NCBI RefSeq assembly: GCF_030028105.1
Contig: NC_092385.1
Location: 54,919,433 to 54,983,432, forward strand
Origin: Mobula birostris
Taxonomy: Eukaryota
Length of the DNA stretch: 64,000 nt
Direction of reading: 5' to 3'
Both the position numbers and the translations under genes were made by a program. Below, in pieces: positions 1 through 12,234 of the stretch; the stretch's first letter is position 1, and each line of letters opens with the position of its first letter. The notes beneath the pieces were generated by a model. It saw only the letters and a program-made list of their open reading frames with translations. It did no database searches and was not told where the DNA came from.

Positions 1-1060
1 CCGCTGCAGTTTAGAAGAATGAGGAAGGATCGCGTTGAAACCCATCGAATATTCAAAGGCCTAGATAGAGTTCAAAGTTCAATGTAAATTTGTTATGTAA
101 GTACATATATGTCACCATATACAACCCTAAGGTTATTTTTCTTGTGGGCATTTGTGGTAAATCCGTAATAGAACCAATGAAGGACCACAGTAAATTGCAA
201 CCTTTGTGTGAAAGACAACAAAACTGTTCAAATACAAAATAAATAATAATAATAATAAATAAATAAGCAATAATTATCAAGAACATGAGATGAAGAGTCC
301 TTGCAAGTGAGTCCATAGATTGTGGGAACTTTTCAATGACAGGGCAAGTGAATTTGAGTGAAATTATTACCTTTGGTTCAAGAGGGGTAATAACTGTTCC
401 TGACCCTGGTGGTGTGAGTTCTGAGGCTCCTGTGCCTTCTTCCTGATGGCAGCAGTGAGAAAGAGGGTGGTGGGGGTCCTTGATGATGGATGCTGCTTTC
501 CTGGGACAATGCTTTGTGTAGATGTGCTACTGGTGGAAAGGGCTTTCCCTGTGCTGGACTGGGCTGTATCCACTACTTTTTGTAGGATTTTCTGTTCAAG
601 GGCATTGGTGTTCCCATACCAATCTGTGATGCAGCCAGTCAATATACTCTTCACTACACATCCATAGAAGTTTGTCAGAGTTTTAGATGTCATGCCAAAT
701 CTTTGCAAACTCCAAAGGAAGTGAACGTGGAGAGGGTGTTTCCTATTGTGGGGGGAGGAGTCTAGGACCAGAGGGCACAGCCTCAGAATAGAAGATTGGC
801 CCTTTAGAAGAGAGATAAGGAGGAATTTCTTCATGGCGAATCTGTGGAATCCATTGCTACAGATGGCTGTGGAGGCTGTGTCATTGGGCATATTTAAAAC
901 AGATGTTAATGGTTTATTGATTAGTAAGGACAGGGATGATCATGGAGAGAAGGCAGGAGAATGAGATTGAAAGGTATAACCAGCTATGATGGAATGGTCG
1001 TGTAGACACAATGGGCCGAATGGCCTAATTCTGCTTCTATATCCTATGGTCGTATGATCA
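1..1060 (+). mobile_element. CR1-clade LINE 3' fragment, split by a Rex1/Babar insertion at ~71-720
   Basis: 1-70 and 721-964 encode consecutive CR1 ORF2 C-terminal segments (..GLDR / V..ERVFP..ESRTRGHSLRIE..FRREIRRNFF..NLWN), followed by the 3' tail GGGCCGAATGGCCTAATTCTGCT. Confidence 0.85.
71..720 (-). mobile_element. Rex1/Babar-like LINE 3' fragment
   Basis: ORF 367-891 contains FGMTSKTLTNFYGCVVKSILTGCITDWYGN, typical of the Rex1/Babar RT C-terminus; TTGAACTTTGAA-type tail. Confidence 0.8.
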
Positions 1061-1339
1061 TTGTCTATGAACCAATTAGCTCACTGGGCTGGTTTAATTT
1101 GACTGCTGTGGTGAATCTGGCGTCAGGGATAAAGCCAGCACATTTCCTTTGCTGATGCTCCACAGGAGAATCTGATTATTATCATCAGCAGTCCAGTCAC
1201 TTTGAAGCCATCATTGCCAAAGACAGCAGTGTTGCTTTTAACTTCCAGATCATTAACAGAGATCATAGAGTCACAGAGATCACATAAACAGAATCCCCAC
1301 CAACTCTCAGCCATCTAAATATACTAATCCTACATTTTC

Positions 1340-2090
1340 CTCTTCTTATTTTCCATTCCCATTCTGGCTCCCTTCTTACCCATTCTCCTCACCTGTCTAA
1401 CACTCCCACTGGTGCCCCTCCTACTTGCTTTTCTCCCATGGTCCTCTCTCCTCTCCTATCAGATTCCTTCTTCTTTAGCCCTTTACCTTTTCCACCTATC
1501 ACCTTCCAGCTTCTTACTTCATCCCCCTCCCTTAACAATTTACCTTCCCCCTCACCTATCACCTTCTCACTTGTACTCCTTCCCCTGACCCACCTTCCAA
1601 TTCTGGCTCCTTCCCCTTTCCTTTCTAGTTTTGATGAAGGGCCTCACCCTGAAACAGTGTCTCTTTATCCCTCTCCATAGATGCTGCCTGAAGTGCAGAG
1701 TTCTGCCAGCATTTTGTGTATGTTATTCCAGATCTGCAGAATCTCTTGTGTTTATTAATCCCATAATTTAATCTCCCCACATTCTCATGAACTCCTTCCC
1801 CACTCCATCTATCACCTATAGTCTCCGGCACTATTCCTACTCTCCCCTCCTCCATTTGCCTATCACCCCTCCTTATCTGGATCTACCTATCGCCTGCTAG
1901 CCCCTGCTCCACCCTTTCCATCCAAATTTTTAGACTGATCAGCACCCCTCTTTCTTTCAGTCCTGATCAGGATCCCAACTTGAGACATTAACTGTCCATT
2001 TCTCTCTGTACATGTTGCCTGACCCACTGTGTTCCTAAAACATCTGGTGTGTTCCTCTAGATTACTAGTCTGGGAACCTAACTTCTGCAC
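1340..2090 (+). mobile_element. Two tandem Penelope-like element 3' ends (pLTR-like) with degenerate hammerhead motifs
   Basis: Pyrimidine-rich PLE tail followed by TTGATGAAGGG..CCCTGAAAC (~1626-1663), and a second decayed copy (~1958-1995); same tail as the PLE copies at 3965-4520 and 49165-49640. Confidence 0.7.
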
Positions 2091-2435
2091 CACCACCTCG
2101 TCTCTGGAGCTAGTTATGAAGTGGTAGAATCGAATTTTATCTCAAACAGTGCAGAAGACAAGTATTTATTTTGTCGTCCCATCATTCTGGCAAGCAAAGA
2201 CAGAGGGACAGAATGGTCTCCTCTTCTGTGCTATCAGTTTCTGTGATAAATGATGTCATTAAAAGGCAGAACCGGCTCAAGCTGATTGGCTCACTCTTGT
2301 CCCTGCATTCCTACCTGTTTAAAATAAATTAATAAAAGCATGTTATTTTGTTTAATTCCCCTGTTATTTTTCTCTGGATTTGACCAACAGTGTTCAAGAG
2401 CTCTTGGACAACAAAAAGTCGGATGTGCAGCATTT

Positions 2436-2657
2436 TAAGACCATAAGATATAGGAGTAGAATTAGGCATCGCCTCATAAGTGTCCTCCACTATTCCATCA
2501 TGGCTGATTCATTATCCTTCTCAATCCCTTCCCTTGCCTTTCCCTCGTAAACTTTGACGGCCTTACTAATCAAGAACCTATCAATGTCTGCTTTAAATAT
2601 ACCCAATGATTTGGCCTTCACAGCTGTCCGTGACAATGAATTCCACAGATTCACCAG
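2436..2657 (-). mobile_element. CR1 LINE 3' tail
   Basis: ACCATAAGATATAGGAG..AATTAGGC tail plus AATGAATTCCACAGATTCACC motif shared with other CR1 copies in the window. Confidence 0.8.
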
Positions 2658-2940
2658 TGTTGCCACTGGTTATGAGTGACTTTGGTTGTAATTCTCTGTT
2701 ACAGCATGACATCTAATTTTAATTTTCACAGAGCTTCAAGCACACAGAGACGCAGGACCTGAAGCCTTGCCTTCAATTAAATCAAAATGCTGAATTGAAA
2801 CTCATAAAATTAATGCTAAAATAATAAATAAAGCCAAAAGGTCTTCTTTTCTATACTACTGCTTAAGATGCTAACTTCTTATTCTCCTTCCCGGTGCCTG
2901 TTACCTGTTCCTGCATCCTGTCCTTTGTTGGAGTGTTTCA

Positions 2941-3037
2941 GTAGCACTGTGATATCCCTGGACCTGAAGTACACTTTCAAGTATATCAGTAGGACTGAGA
3001 TATCCCTGAACCTAAGCTACACCTTCAAGTAGTATCT
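2941..3037. repeat. Local tandem duplication, ~48 bp x2
   Basis: GTAGCACTGTGATATCCCTGGACCTGAAGTACACTTTCAAGTA vs GTAGGACTGAGATATCCCTGAACCTAAGCTACACCTTCAAGTA. Confidence 0.8.
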
Positions 3038-3042
3038 TGTAC

Positions 3043-3670
3043 TTCAAAGTTTCAAAGTTCAAAGTACATTTATTATCAAGGTATGCACACAGAATACAAC
3101 TCTGACATTTGTCCTCCCGCACGCAGACATGAAACAAAGAAACACCATGGAACTCTTTCAAGAAAACATCAAATATGAAACATGCAAAAAAAACAACAAA
3201 TTATGCAAACAGTGAAAAGCAACTGAACAGCACAGAGTAAGGAACAAGAAGAGTTTATTCAGCACGTAGAATATCAAATATCAATCCAGGAGTACATCAA
3301 ACGCAGATTAGTTCAGATCAGTGTCACGCCACTAGCCCACTACATTTTTCAGAACAAAACATTCTTTGCTGAAGCCCCAGACTGCATTCAGACCGTTCAA
3401 TAACAGCAAAAAAAGAGTAACCAGAGTTCAGGAAGACATGCAACGTGAACCTCAACGTCCCCCAAAACAAGTTCACAGCCTCTCCAATCAATCTTTGCGA
3501 CGCGGATACCAACAATCCTACAGTTTCCTGTGACAGTAGCAAGCAAGACGGAAAGGAAGACCGGTCAAACAGAGGCAGACAGCGTTGAACACCAGCCCGT
3601 CCTTTGCTCTCATCCTCATTGACTTCAGTCTTGCTCGACGCTTCAGTCAGAGAGAAGCAAAGCAGTCAAT
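3043..3670 (-). mobile_element. Non-autonomous element with Rex1/Babar-type 3' tail
   Basis: TTCAAAGTTTCAAAGTTCAAAGTACATTTATTATC tail shared with Rex copies; no RT coding sequence seen. Confidence 0.5.
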
Positions 3671-3964
3671 CAACCTGACCTGCTGAACATTTCTTGTATT
3701 TTCCATTTTAATTTCAGATGTCCAGCATCTCTAAAGTTTTTGCTTTGATTCCCTTTTTACTGAGGGTGTGCAGTGTTGCTGATGATGTCGACTTTCAGGT
3801 GGATGTTAAACCCAGGCCAATCCTGTCCTCAGGTGTCACTAATCCTCACCCCTCAGGAACCACTACTATGACAAATGGTCTGTTCATCTAGTGGGGATCA
3901 AACTTGTTTACAAACCGGTTCCTGTTTTTCTGATATGGTAACGGTTGTTATATATCAAGACACA

Positions 3965-4520
3965 TTTCAGGATCAGTACCTCATATTCTACCTGAGTAGT
4001 TTCCAAACCAATGGTATGAACATTGAATTTTGAATCTTCCAGTAACTGTTCCCTTTCTGTCCCTTTTCTCTTTTCGCTTTTCTTACTCCCCCCCCAATCG
4101 CTCTGTCTCTTCCCCTTTTGCCATCCTCTCCATCTGCCCATCACCCACACACTCCTCCCACTGGTTCCCCTCCCACCTCCCTCCCTTAATGTCAGGCTCC
4201 ACCTTACACTCCTATCAGCTTCCATCATTTTCAGCCATTTGTCACTTCCTGGCTTATGACACCATTCATGCCCTACTGCTCCCTTATCTGCCTAACATCT
4301 CCCCTTACCTCGATCCATCTGTCACCTACCAGCTCCTGACTCACCCCTTCCCTCCACCAATTTATACTGGCTATCTCCCCACTTTCTTTCAATACAGATG
4401 AAGTACTTTGACCCAAACATCGACTGTTCATTTCCCTCCATAGAGGCTGCCTGATCTGCTGAGTTCCTTCACCATTTTGTGTGTTGCTCCATATTTCTGG
4501 CATCTGCAGTTTTTTGAGTT
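3965..4520 (+). mobile_element. Penelope-like element 3' end
   Basis: QYLIFYLSSFQTNGMNIEF resembles the PLE GIY-YIG C-terminus (EQHLIFRLGSLQP.GMNIEF); followed by the pyrimidine-rich tail and a decayed hammerhead remnant at ~4395-4425. Confidence 0.75.
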
Positions 4521-4920
4521 TCTTTTCCTACCTGGCCTGTATGTAACTGCAGACCACTTGTGGATACTTGGTGAAATAACCCAGCGAATGACTCAGTTGA
4601 AGGGAAATTATAGAGGAGCGAATGATGGTCTATCCATTGACACCTAGATCCTGATGTCTGTGCCTCAATGCAGATGTGGGTCTAATCTAATTGGCTCACC
4701 CATTTGTTCGCCAGTGTTGAGTGTTAACATCATTTATGTGGGATAGTTTTGGTTAAGCTGAGGAGTCTAACAGGGATACAAGTGACTGCAGCAAAAGACA
4801 ATTTTCCTGAAACACTCAGTGAGCTGAGAAGTATCTTTTGGGGAGTCGGGGGAAGAAATTGGCAACGTTGTTGACAAAGCTGACATCAATGTGTCTTCAA
4901 CCTGTAGACCTCAGCTTGAG

Positions 4921-5380
4921 ATTCGGATTCAGATTTATTCATCACATGTAAAGAGAAACACACAGTGAAATGTATCATTTATATTAACAACTAGATGCGC
5001 TGGCGACAGTTCATTTGTGTCACCACACATTCTGACACCAGCATAGCATTCCACGATGCCCAGCAGAACAACACAGAACACAACAAGCAACAAAACAAGC
5101 ACCTTACCTCCCACCCACACACATGGACAGTCCTCCGTCCCCAGGACAGACCTCCAGTCTCCAAGCTTTGACCAATGGGCTTCAACTTCAGACTTTGATC
5201 TTTGGTACCGACCCCTGGACTAACCAATGATGAGACCGCGAACTCCAGGCTCGAACTAAGGACTCGCACCTGACCGGGCATCGTGTCTCCTTGGGTTTCC
5301 TGCACACATGGATATCTGACTCTGGGACCCAGTGACCTGGAACAGACCAACACCCAAGGATGTCCTTTGTCACCCATTGG
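4921..5380 (-). repeat. Dispersed non-coding retroposon family (other copies ~24896-25010, ~25530-25780, ~28680-29000)
   Basis: Shared block ACAGTGAAATG..TTAACAAC..GTCACCACACATTCTG.CACCA.CATAGCAT..CAGCAGAACAACACAGA in four places. Confidence 0.7.
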
Positions 5381-5743
5381 GTAGAAATGACTTTGGAGGA
5401 AGGATATACATGCTCAGAGAAGAAATATGATTATTCCCAATATTACTGTCCTCATCTAAACACATAATCCAGCATTGTTGTGACTTTATTAGGCTTGAAT
5501 TAGTGTATTTCAGATGTTATTCATTGGTGTTACCCCAACAAAATGTTAACACTTTTTATAGATGTTACTCAGTGTTATAATAAATTTCCCTGTGAATACT
5601 GGCACGATATTCTGCACTGCACTTTCTCTATAACAGTAATGGTAATACTATATTATGCATTCTGTTATTGCTTATCCCTTTGTACTGCCTCATGTTTTGA
5701 AATGATATTTAATGTTACGATAAACATTGGTCCGTTGAATGGA

Positions 5744-6185
5744 GTCAAAGTCAAAGTCAAGTTTACTGACATATGCACAAATACAAGTATGCACAGGGGG
5801 ACTGAAAAACAGACTCATAGTAACATATAAACAGCACTCTCAAGAAAAACACAAATTAAACATAAATCAGATACAATTTGTACAGGAAAGAACACAAAAC
5901 AGAACAAAATTACCCAAAAATTACCTAAGTGGTTATAGTGTTGCTACACTGAGGGAGTGATTAGGCTTGCGCAGGTTGTTTGCAGAACCGAACTGTTGAA
6001 GGGAAGGCACTGTTCTTGAACTTGGTGACGTGGAACGTCAAGTATGACTTGCCCGATGGTAGCTGCAAGATGGCATGGCTCAGGTAATGGGGACCCTTGA
6101 GGATAGATATTGCCTACTGGAGCAGCACCTCATGTGGATTGTACCAATGGTGGGGAGGAACGTGCCAGTGTTGTACTGGGCTGAA
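5744..6185 (-). mobile_element. Rex1/Babar-like LINE 3' fragment
   Basis: GTCAAAGTCAAAGTCAAG tail; CTGTTCTTGAACTTGGTG and GTACTGGGCTG motifs as in other Rex copies. Confidence 0.7.
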
Positions 6186-6748
6186 TCAGGAGCCGGGGCA
6201 GTCACGGGTCAAAGGAAACATGGGAATGGGACTCTGGAATGTGAAAGGGAATATGGGAACTGGAGTCTTGGTGAGTGGGTCAAGAGCATGGGGAACACTA
6301 CCTAGCAAGCCAGAGTCCATACATATGGGGTTACTGAATCATCAGCTAGCAGATTATCGGAGTTTTCACAGACTATCTGTTGGTTATCACCCTGTAGATT
6401 ACAAAAAGATTCATGGCTGGAGAATTTCTGCACCATTTCCTTAACACACATTAAAATCATAGCATCGACTAGGAAGTGATATGAACCATCTTGTTACGGA
6501 GGGGTCTGTGGAATTACAAGTCTATCTTTTGATTACATTATTGGAGCATACTCTTTGACCCTCATCCAATACCCATTACTAATTCCTGGTAACACATTCG
6601 CAACACAGTGGCCTGGGGCCAACGCCTATAGCACCTTGACCCTGCTTCTTTAGCTTTTGTGTCCAAGAGTTAAGCCTTCCCAGAGAAGCCAGCCAGCACT
6701 GGACGTGTTTCCGATGGTGTCATAACAAGCTCCTTCTGCAAACCATTT

Positions 6749-6996
6749 TGTTATGTTTGTAACTCCAAAACATTAAACTAATTCAAAAGGCAGACATGAG
6801 AGTCCAAAATGTGAGTTTAACTTTGTTCTTTTACTTTAAGTGATGTGCGCATATATCGCATGGGAGCATGATCATGTATGCGATTCACATATTTATACAT
6901 ATAATATAATAAATTATATAAACGAACAAAAATGCTTCATCAATGAACATATATACAAGATTACTTAAATATTACTGAAATATTAAATATACAACA
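6749..6996 (-). repeat. 3' LTR of the Gypsy element
   Basis: TGTTATGTTTGTAACTCCAAAACATT...GAAATATTAAATATACAACA; direct repeat of 10794-11000; PPT adjacent at 6997-7010. Confidence 0.9.
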
Positions 6997-7299
6997 CTCC
7001 TCCCTGCTTAGCTCTAAACTTCAACTTAATAGAGAATGCATGTTTATTCTTATACAGACCTCCACAGCATAGTGAGTTTTAAATTGTCCCATTTGGGCTG
7101 AAAGATTTCATTGCTGTGGAGGATTTCTTACTCTTGTGGGAAAGAGTCTTTCCTGACAAGTGGAATTCCATTGTTTGGCAGGTGTGGCTTGTGGCTGTGA
7201 AACAATCTTAGGTTCTGGGGCCTCCTCCGTGGTGGATGTAGGAATTGACTCTGAGATTGCAGGAAGTGGTTCTGACAGCTCTGGACACCTTTCCTCTCC

Positions 7300-7835
7300 T
7301 TCCTTTTACTTCTTCTAGTTTGTGCATCTTGATCTTGGGAAGGTGCATTTAGTTCACTGGAGTGTTCTTTTATTAATCCTCCTTTACGATTTGATCTCTC
7401 ATGGTTTCCTCATCCACAGCATCATCTGATGAAACTGGTTTTGTATCTCCATTGACTGCTTGTTTTTTGGCCTTCCATTCATCCAGCTGGCTTTGAACTT
7501 TACCTTTATTTTACAAGCAGCTTGTTCTCTCCCACTTGAAGGTCATGCAGTAACCTTAAAGCACACAAGGCAGATTATGGTTCTTTATACTCACAAAAGC
7601 CAAATGCCTGCAACTTTCCTGAAGCTCCTTGAACTCTCTGCCAGCTTAAAACAAGGCCATATTGCACAAGTAACTGCCTAATTAACATATCAGATGCTTT
7701 CTCAGATATGTTGCTAACAAAAACTGTTGTAGTTGGACCACTGCTTTTATCACTTTTACAATCCCTCTGGGCAACATGGTTCTTCCTTGGTACAATATGC
7801 TTTCCAACCAGACGCACAGAGGTTCACACCAACAC
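7300..7835 (-). pseudogene. RBM25: Partial processed pseudogene of RNA-binding motif protein 25 (RRM region)
   Basis: GPTTTVFVSNISEKASDMLIRQLLVQYGLVLSWQRVQGASGKLQAFGFCEYKEP*SALCALRLLHDLQVGENKLLVK..QLDEWKAKK..DEETMRDQIVK..LIKEHSSELNAPSQD matches the RBM25 N-terminal RRM and following region; collinear with no introns; contains stops and frameshifts. Confidence 0.9.
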
Positions 7836-7899
7836 CTGTTTGCCCTCTGTTGGGCAATGGTTCATGGTGTTCGGCATGGAGACTTGCTTTCAGTTGGCT

Positions 7900-8707
7900 T
7901 CATTGCAGGGAGTGTGGCATACAAATGGTGGGTGGATCTCCAATTTGTAGTTGCCTCAGCCAATCATGCCCCCACAATGCTGGACCTCGTACCTGCACAG
8001 GGCATGTGGGAAGTGGATTGATGTCTGTCACTGTCATGAATATCATTCCCACAGGAGTTATTTTTTCTCCAGTATAAGTTTTAGTAGGATATCTGCAGGC
8101 TTCAGTTCAGTATCTTTGAAATGCTGTTCAGCCTCATTCTTTGGAGTGACTGAAACAGCTAAATCCGTGTCCGATTCTATGTTAGTTAATTTGCCATTCA
8201 CTTCTGGTGTAAGCCCTATTGTTTGTCTATTGCTAGTCTTCACATTGTAAGTCTCAGGGCTACACAATCTTGTGTCACTCTCATCCTTATCAGATTTTTT
8301 TTATCAACAGCATGCAGTTTAGTGCTCTTTTTGAAACTTGACTTTTTAGCTTTTTCTCCTCTCTGAGCAGTCCATTTATTTTTTTCTGCTCAACATACTC
8401 TTTGTATGTGTCCTACTTTGTTGCATTTTCTTCAAGTTTCAATTTAAATCTGCACTTGGCCTGGTCTATGTGAGCCCATGCTACAACAGTAACACAATTT
8501 GTTCAGCCAGGCCAGTTTCTGTTTAGAAGTTGCAATTTTGTTTATTCCTGACTACAACTCAATTGCTTCTCTGTCTGCTGTTTCTATTGATACAGCAATT
8601 TCAACTGTCCTTTTAAATGTAAATTGTGCTTCAGTTAGGAGCCATTTTTGAATGCTTTCCGCAAAACAATCTCTCAGTGCACCATTAAGCCCATAACTGA
8701 ACTGACA
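7900..8707 (-). pseudogene. Gypsy gag C-terminus (zinc knuckles) and aspartic protease, decayed
   Basis: CQFSYGLNGALRD..ESIQKWLLTEAQFTFKRTVEIAVSIETA; CYCC..GSH..CRFK..CNKVGHIQRVC; ORF 8058-8267 protease-like. Confidence 0.8.
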
Positions 8708-10172
8708 TTGGTTGATTCTGACATGGTCCCAGAGGACTGGAAAATTTCAAATTTCACTCCACTCTTTAAGAAGGGAGGAAGAAAAAAGAAAGGAAATTAT
8801 AGGCCTGTTAGCCTAACCCCAGTGGTTGGGAAAGTGCTAGAGTCCATTATTAAGGACAAGGCTTTGGGGTACTTGGAGACTAATGTTAAATTAAGTCAAC
8901 GTCAGCATGGTTTCTGTAAAAGGAAATCCTGTTAGAATTCTGCAAAGAAGTAACAAGCAGGGTGGACAAAGGGGAGGCAGAAAGTGTCATTTACTTAGAT
9001 TTTCAGAAGGCATTTGATAAGGTGCTTCACATGAGACTGCTTAACAAGATGAAATCCCATGTCATTACAGGAAAGGTAATGCCATGGATAGAGGAAGGCT
9101 GACAGGCAAGAGGCGGCGAATGGGAATAAAAGGGGCCTTTTCTGGTTGGGGTACAGCGAGTAGTAGTGCTCCTCAAGGGACAGTATTGGGACCGTTACTT
9201 TTCACATAGTTTGCCAATGGTTTAGATAGTGGAATTGATGACTTTGTAGCAAAGTTTGTGGATGATATGAAGATAGATGGAGGGGTAGGTAGTGCTGAAC
9301 AATAATGTGATTGCAGAATGGGAGAATGGGAAAAATGGGCGAAAAAGTGGCAGGTGGAATACAGTATTGGGAAATGTATGATAATGCATTTTGGAGCAAT
9401 AGTGCAGACAATTATATAAATGGGGAGAAAATTCTCACATCAAAGGAGCAAAGGGACTTCAGAGTCCTTGTACAAGAATTCCAGAAGGTTAATTTACAAG
9501 TTGAGTTTGTGGTAAAGAAGGCAAATGCAATGTTGGCATTTTTTTGAATGGGAAGAGATATAAAAATAAGGAGATAATGCTGAAGCTTTATAAGATACTA
9601 GTCAGGCCACACTTAGAATATTGTCAACAGTTTTGGGCCCCATGTCTCAGAAAGGAGGTGTTGTCATTGGAGACCATCCAGAGGAAATTCACGAGGATGA
9701 TTCTGGGAATGAATGGGTCAACATCTGAGGTGCATTTGGTAGCTTGGGCCTGCAGTCATTGGAATTTAGAAAAATGCATTGGGATCTCATTGAAACCTAC
9801 CAAATGTTGAATGAACTAGGTAAGGTGGATGTGGAGAGGGTGTTTCCTCTGGTGGGGGCATTCCAAACTAGAGGGCACAGACTCAAAATTGAGGGGTGAC
9901 CTTTTAGAACAAAAGTAAAGAGGGATTCTTTTAGCCAAAGAGTGGTTAATCTGTGGAATGCTCTGTCTCAGACTACAGTGGAGGCCAAGTCCATAGGTAT
10001 ATTTAAAGTGGAAGATGATAGATCCCTGAATGGTCGGGGCATCAAGGGATAGGGTGAGAGGGCAGGTATATGGGGTTGGATGGGATCCAGGATCAGCCAT
10101 GATGAAATAGCTGAGCGGACTCGATTGACTGAATGGCCTAATTCTGCTCCTATGTCTTATGGTTTTTTGGTC
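8708..10172 (+). mobile_element. CR1 LINE, 5'-truncated, inserted in the Gypsy gag
   Basis: VPEDWKISNFTPLFKKGGRKKKGNYRPVSLT, YLDFQKAFDKV, LVRPHLEYCQQFWAP; CR1 tail; gag resumes either side (LSEH|CQF). Confidence 0.9.
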
Positions 10173-10174
10173 TA

Positions 10175-10520
10175 ATGCTCAGACAATCTCCTCAATTCAG
10201 CCACGTATGCTGAAATAGACTCCATTTGATTTTGCTTATGAAACCTAAAGCATTCTGTCATCAACAATGGCTTTGGTTCTAAATGTTCCTGCATCACTTT
10301 CACAATGCCAGCAAAGTTAATTTCAGAGGGCTGGGTTAGAGCACTTAAAACTCTAAGCAAATTGTATGCCTTTTATCCCAATGCATGCAACAAAATTGGT
10401 ATTTGTTTCTCATTATTTATTTCATTTGTTTCAAGATATTGTTCAATTAGCTTAGTATACATGAGCCAGTTATCTCTAGTGGAATCAAATGTGTTAACCT
10501 TTCTGGTGTAGCCAGCCATT
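10175..10520 (-). pseudogene. Gypsy gag N-terminal part, decayed
   Basis: ORFs 10373-10555 and 10172-10360: FDSTRDNWLMYTKLIEQYLETNEI..HLEPKPLL..FRFHKQNQ..ISAYVAELRRLSEH. Confidence 0.8.
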
Positions 10521-10793
10521 TCTGCTACTTTTTTGTGATTATTATTACCCGACACTCACTCTTTATGAACTTGTGAATTATTCTGTTTTCTGACTTTTAA
10601 ACAAACTCGACCATGCTTTCCCATCCAAAGAACATGCGCAGCACTGCTTTTTTAAAAACTCGGCCATCTCTGCACATGCTGGGTTGCATTTTTGACTCAC
10701 CGTTCCTCTCTCTTTTTTTACTTTGAACATCTCACTGTGCTTCAACAGGTCAGTAGCCATCTTGGGTACTTTTTTAAAATACCTTGTCACCGC

Positions 10794-11000
10794 TGTTCTG
10801 TTTGTAACTCCAAAACATTACACTAATTCAAAGGAAGACACAGGAGTCCGAAATGTGAGCCTAACTTTGTTCTTTTACTTTAAGCATATGCATTTATTGT
10901 ATTTATACATATAACTGTTAATGAAATGAACAAAAAAGCTTAATCAACCAACATATATACAAGATTACTCAAATATAACTGAAATATTAAATGTACAACA
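10794..11000 (-). repeat. 5' LTR of the Gypsy element
   Basis: TGTTCTGTTTGTAACTCCAAAACATT...GAAATATTAAATGTACAACA; ~40 bp shorter than the other LTR; PBS-like sequence at 10781-10793. Confidence 0.9.
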
Positions 11001-11847
11001 TATTTCAGCTCGTGTCAAAGGTCACAGAGTGTGTCACTCTTCACTTTGCCCTGCCTTCCTACACCATTCAGAAAGCTTCATTGTTTGATTGTGTGACAGT
11101 TGTCAAGTAATATTTTTCCTTATCTACAATACTTTTAGAACTATAAAATGATAGATTTTGGAGCAAATTTGTAGCCAACTATATCCTTAGAATATTTCTG
11201 CAGCTTTTCTCTGGCACTGATCACAGGAGTCTGTAGGAAATTAGTTTTACTTCTACTGATAAGCAGAGGGTATTCATTAAGAAGTGTTGCAGACTTCCTC
11301 ACTTTCATCACAGGAACTAAAAAAAATAAAAATGAAACAAATTAACTCCAGCACCAATTGTACCCAGCTTGATCTAAGAAGAAAATGGCCCACTAAAATG
11401 AAAATGTTAATGGGGATCAGAATTTTTCTGGGAAGTGTCTCTAGAAAGATCTTTTTGGCAACCGTGATAAGGTGGATGCAGTTAATTTTGGTTCTCCCTT
11501 TTGATAGCTTGTGAAAACAGAGCAGCAAACTTTCATTTTGAATTTTACAATGCCTTTATCTGCTTGAAGCAGCTGTGAGTCAGAAAGTGCGCTTTGCGAT
11601 AAATTGCCTCTAAGCTAAAAGTCCGCATGGTCCAGGAGAGGCTGTGTAATTGTTCATTCTCTGCACACTCGTGCACATGATGTTGAAGATGAAGGCCTGT
11701 CAGAACCACGAGATGTGTCTGTCAGTCAGTGCCTCTCCTACCTGATGCTCTGTGTAAAGCTGCAACAGATCTGCCTGAAAGAACAAATGGAACAGTCTCA
11801 GCCAGCCAAACAAAATGAGCAGGATTTCTATTTATTTAGAGGCTTTC

Positions 11848-12170
11848 ATGTTCAAGTTGAAGTTTATCGTCATCTGACTGTACATGTATAAAACCAACCA
11901 AAACCGTGTTCCTCCTGACCATGGTGCACCCACAATATATATATCACACACACAGCATATACAATCAAATATTATCACAATTAATAAAATATAATTCATG
12001 TGAAGTATGCAGCACAGATAAACTGTAAACAGTACAGTAAACAGCTTGCTGTCATAGTGACGAGACCTCGAGGGTGACAGGTTCTTCATTAGTTTTACAG
12101 CCTGGGGGAAGAAGCTGTTACCCAGTCTGGCAGTCCCAGTCCTGATGTTTCTCTAACTCCTTCCTGACAG
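11848..12170 (-). mobile_element. Rex1/Babar-like 3' tail
   Basis: TTCAAGTTGAAGTTTATCGTCAT tail; ACAGCCTGGGGGAAGAAGCTG and TTCCTGACAGTAG motifs. Confidence 0.65.
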
Positions 12171-12234
12171 TAGTCCAGCGTGTCCTAAAGTTTCAAAGCA
12201 ATTGAAGTATTGTTAGTAAGTAATCAGAACATAG

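Larger units (their letters stand above)
6749..11000 (-). mobile_element. Gypsy/Ty3 (Mag-like) LTR retrotransposon, defective, carrying an RBM25 retrocopy and a CR1 insertion
   Basis: Paired TG..CA LTRs; 5-bp TSD CATTT/TATTT; PBS-like GCGGTGACAAGG; PPT TAAGCAGGGAGGAG; gag (EHLEPKPLLMTECFRFHKQNQ..ESISAYVAELRRLSEH/CQF), two CCHC knuckles (~8385-8480), protease (IESDTDLAVS..TYTGEK..GPALWGHDWL), integrase tail (ERLFPTRVRNPP). Confidence 0.9.

Noticed and set aside
7575-7817. Functional RBM25 exon
   Set aside because: In-frame stops and frameshifts, substitutions at conserved residues, and it is embedded inside an LTR element
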